From contig OZ024755.1 of assembly GCA_964016885.1 (NCBI GenBank), positions 43,214,001 to 43,278,000 of the forward strand: 64,000 nucleotides of DNA, given 5' to 3'. A model generated the notes under the pieces. That model saw only the letters and a list, made by a program, of their open reading frames with translations, made no database searches and was not told where the DNA came from. Below, piece after piece: positions 61,201 through 64,000 of this stretch; positions within the stretch are counted from its first letter, which is position 1; every line of letters begins with the position of its first letter. Position numbers and translations under genes: made by a program. Source of the stretch: Eledone cirrhosa (taxonomy: Eukaryota).

Positions 61201-64000
61201 GTGGTGATGGGCTGTGTGTGATGGTGAGGGTGCTGGGTGTGGAGGTGGTTATGGGCTGTGTGTGATGGTGAGGGTGTTGGGTGTGGAGGTGGTTATGGGC
61301 TGTGTGTGATGGTGAGGGTGTTGGGTGTGGAGGTGGTTATGGGCTGTGTGTGATGGTGAGGGTGTTGGGTGTGGAGGTGGTTATGTGCTGTGTGTGATGG
61401 TGAGGGTGTTGGGTGTGGAGGTGGTTATGGGCTGTGTGTGATGGTGAGGGTGCTGGGTGTGGAGGTGGTTATGGGCTGTGTGTGATGGTGAGGGTGTTGG
61501 GTGTGGAGGTGGTTATGGGCTGTGTGTGATGGTGTTGGGTGTGGAGGTGGTTATGTGCTGTGTGTGAATGTGAGGGCGCTGGGTGTGGAGGTGGTTATGG
61601 GCTGTGTGTGATGGTGAGGGTGCTGGGTGTGGAGGTGGTTATGGGCTGTGTGTGATGTTGAGGGTGTTGGGTGTGGAGGTGATTATGTGCTGTGTGTGAT
61701 GGTGAGGGTGCTGGGTGTGGGGGTGGTAATGGGCTGTGTGTGATGGTGAGGGTGTTGGGTGTGGAGGTGGTTATGGGCTGTGTGTGATGGTGAGGGTGCT
61801 GGGTGTGGAGGTGGTTATGGGCTGTGTGTGATGTTGAGGGTGTTGGGTGTGGAGGTGGTTATGTGCTGTGTGTGATGGTGAGGGTGTTGGGTGTGTAGGT
61901 GGTTATGGGCTTTGTGTGATGGTGAGGGTGTTGGGTGTGGAGGTGGTTATTGGCTGTGTGTGATGGTGAGGGTGCTGGGTGTGGAGGTGGTTATGGGCTG
62001 TGTGTGATGGTGAGGGTGCTGGGTGTGGAGGTGGTTATGGGCTGTGTGTGATGGTGTTGGGTGTGGAGGTGGTTATGGGCTGTGTGTGATGCTGAGGGTG
62101 CTGGGTGTGGAGGTGGTTATGGGCTGTGTGTGATGGTGTTGGGTGTGGAGGTGGTTATGGGCTGTGTGTGATGCTGAGGGTGCTGGGTGTGGAGGTGGTT
62201 ATGGGCTGTGTGTGATGTTGAGGGTGTTGGGTGTGGAGGTGATTATGTGCTGTGTGTGATGGTGAGGGTGCTGGGTGTGGAGGTGATTATGGGCTGTGTG
62301 TGATGGTGAGGGTGTTGGGTGTTGAGGTGGTTATGGGCTGTGTGTGATGGTGAGGGTGCTGTGTGTGGAGGTGGTTATGTGCTGTGTGTGATGGTGAGGG
62401 TGTTGGGTGTGGAGGTGATTATGGGCTGTGTGTGATGGTGAGGGTGTTGGGTGTGGAGGTGGTTATGGGCTGTGTGTGATGTTGAGGGTGTTGGGTGTGG
62501 AGGTGGTTATGGGCTGTGTGTGATGGTGAGGGTGTTGGGTGTGGGGGTGGTTATGTGCTGTGTGTGATGGTGGGGGTGCTGGGTGTGGAGGTGATTATGG
62601 GCTGTGTGTGATGGTGAGGGTGTTGGGTGTGGAGGTGGTTATGGGCTGTGTGTGATGGTGAGGGTGCTGGGTGTGGAGGTGGTTATGGGCTGTGTGTGAT
62701 GGTGAGGGTGTTGGGTGTGGAGGTGGTTATGGGCTGTGTGTGATGGTGGGGGTGTTGGGTGTGGAGATGGTTATGGGCTGTGTGTGATGGTGAGGGTGTT
62801 GGGTGTGGGGGTGGTTATGTGCTGTGTGTGATGGTGGGGGTGCTGGGTGTGGAGGTGATTATGGGCTGTGTGTGATGGTGAGGGTGTTGGGTGTGGAGGT
62901 GGTTATGGGCTGTGTGTAATGGTGAGGGTGCTGGGTGTGGAGGTGTTTATGGGCTGTGTGTGATGGTGAGGGTGGTGGGTGTGGAGGTGGTTATGGGCTG
63001 TGTGTGATGGTGAGGGTGCTGAGTGTGGAGGTGGTTATGGGCTGTGTGTGATGGTGAGGGTGGTGGGTGTGGAGGTGGTTATGGGCTGTGTGTGATGGAG
63101 GGGGTGCTGGGTGTGGAGGTGGTTATGGGCTGTGTGTGGTGGTGGTTATGGGCTGTGTGTGATGGTGAGGGTGCTGGGTGTGGAGGTGGTTATGGGCTGT
63201 GTGTGATGGTGAGGGTGCTGGGTGTGGAGGAGGTTATGGGCTGTGTGTGATGGTGAGGGTGCTGGGTGTGGAGGTGATTATGTGCTGTGTGTTATGGTGA
63301 GGGTGCTGGGTGTGGAGGTGGTTATGGGCTGTGTGTGATGGTGAGGGTGTTGGGTGTGGAGGTGTTTATGGGCTGTGTGTGATGGTGGGGTTGTTGGGTG
63401 TGGAGATGGTTATGGGCTGTGTGTGATGGTGAGGGTGTTGGGTGTGGGGGTGGTTATGTGCTGTGTGTGATGGTGGGGGTGCTGGGTGTGGAGGTGATTA
63501 TGGGCTGTGTGTGATGGTGAGGGTGTTGGGTGTGGAGTTGGTTATGGGCTGTGTGTGATGGTGAGGGTGCTGGGTGTGGAGGTGGTTATGCGCTGTGTGT
63601 GATGGTGAGGGTGCTGGGTGTGGAGGTGTTTATGGGCTGTGTGTGATGGTGAGGTTGGTGGGTGTGGAGGTGGTTATGGGCTGTGTGTGATGGTGAGGGT
63701 GCTGAGTGTGGAGGTGGTTATGGGCTGTGTGTGATGGTGTTGGGTGTGGAGGTGGTTATGGGCTGTGTGTGATGCTGAGGGTGCTGGGTGTGGAGGTGGT
63801 TATGGGCTGTGTGTGATGGTGTTGGGTGTGGAGGTGGTTATGGGCTGTGTGTGATGCTGAGGGTGCTGGGTGTGGAGGTGGTTATGGGCTGTGTGTGATG
63901 TTGAGGGTGTTGGGTGTGGAGGTGATTATGTGCTGTGTGTGATGGTGAGGGTGCTGGGTGTGGAGGTGATTATGGGCTGTGTGTGATGGTGAGGGTGTTG
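40213..64000. repeat. 44-bp GT-rich satellite, more than 23 kb, with higher-order duplications
   Basis: Unit gtgatggtgagggtg(t/c)tgggtgtggaggtggttatgggctgtgt; runs off the window end. Confidence 0.99.

Noticed and set aside
40671-63250. Gly/Cys-rich short ORFs
   Set aside because: By-products of frameshift variants in the 44-bp satellite

Overview
Repeat-dense animal genomic DNA; the SINE and LINE families suggest an octopus-like cephalopod (inference). The only host gene found is a minus-strand fasciclin (FAS1)-domain gene. Four exons (36773-36623, 35270-35045, 26590-26473, 23604-23414) have GT-AG boundaries and join in frame, and the 5' part of the gene lies beyond the window. About 27 kb of tandem repeat (a 15/17-bp and a 44-bp unit) therefore appears to be intronic. 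The rest is decayed retroelements: RTE-type LINEs, CRE-clade, CR1 and R4/Dong-like fragments, CORE- and Nin-type tRNA-SINEs, and several Penelope-like (Naiad-type RT/GIY-YIG) elements with inverted pseudo-LTRs. The most notable signal is five hammerhead-ribozyme motifs, each with a non-canonical core, including an intact-looking U3-A8 covariant at 5495-5584. Also notable are a phase-preserving ladder of pentamer repeats, near-perfect foldbacks and an inverted minisatellite. All calls were made by eye; no searches were run.
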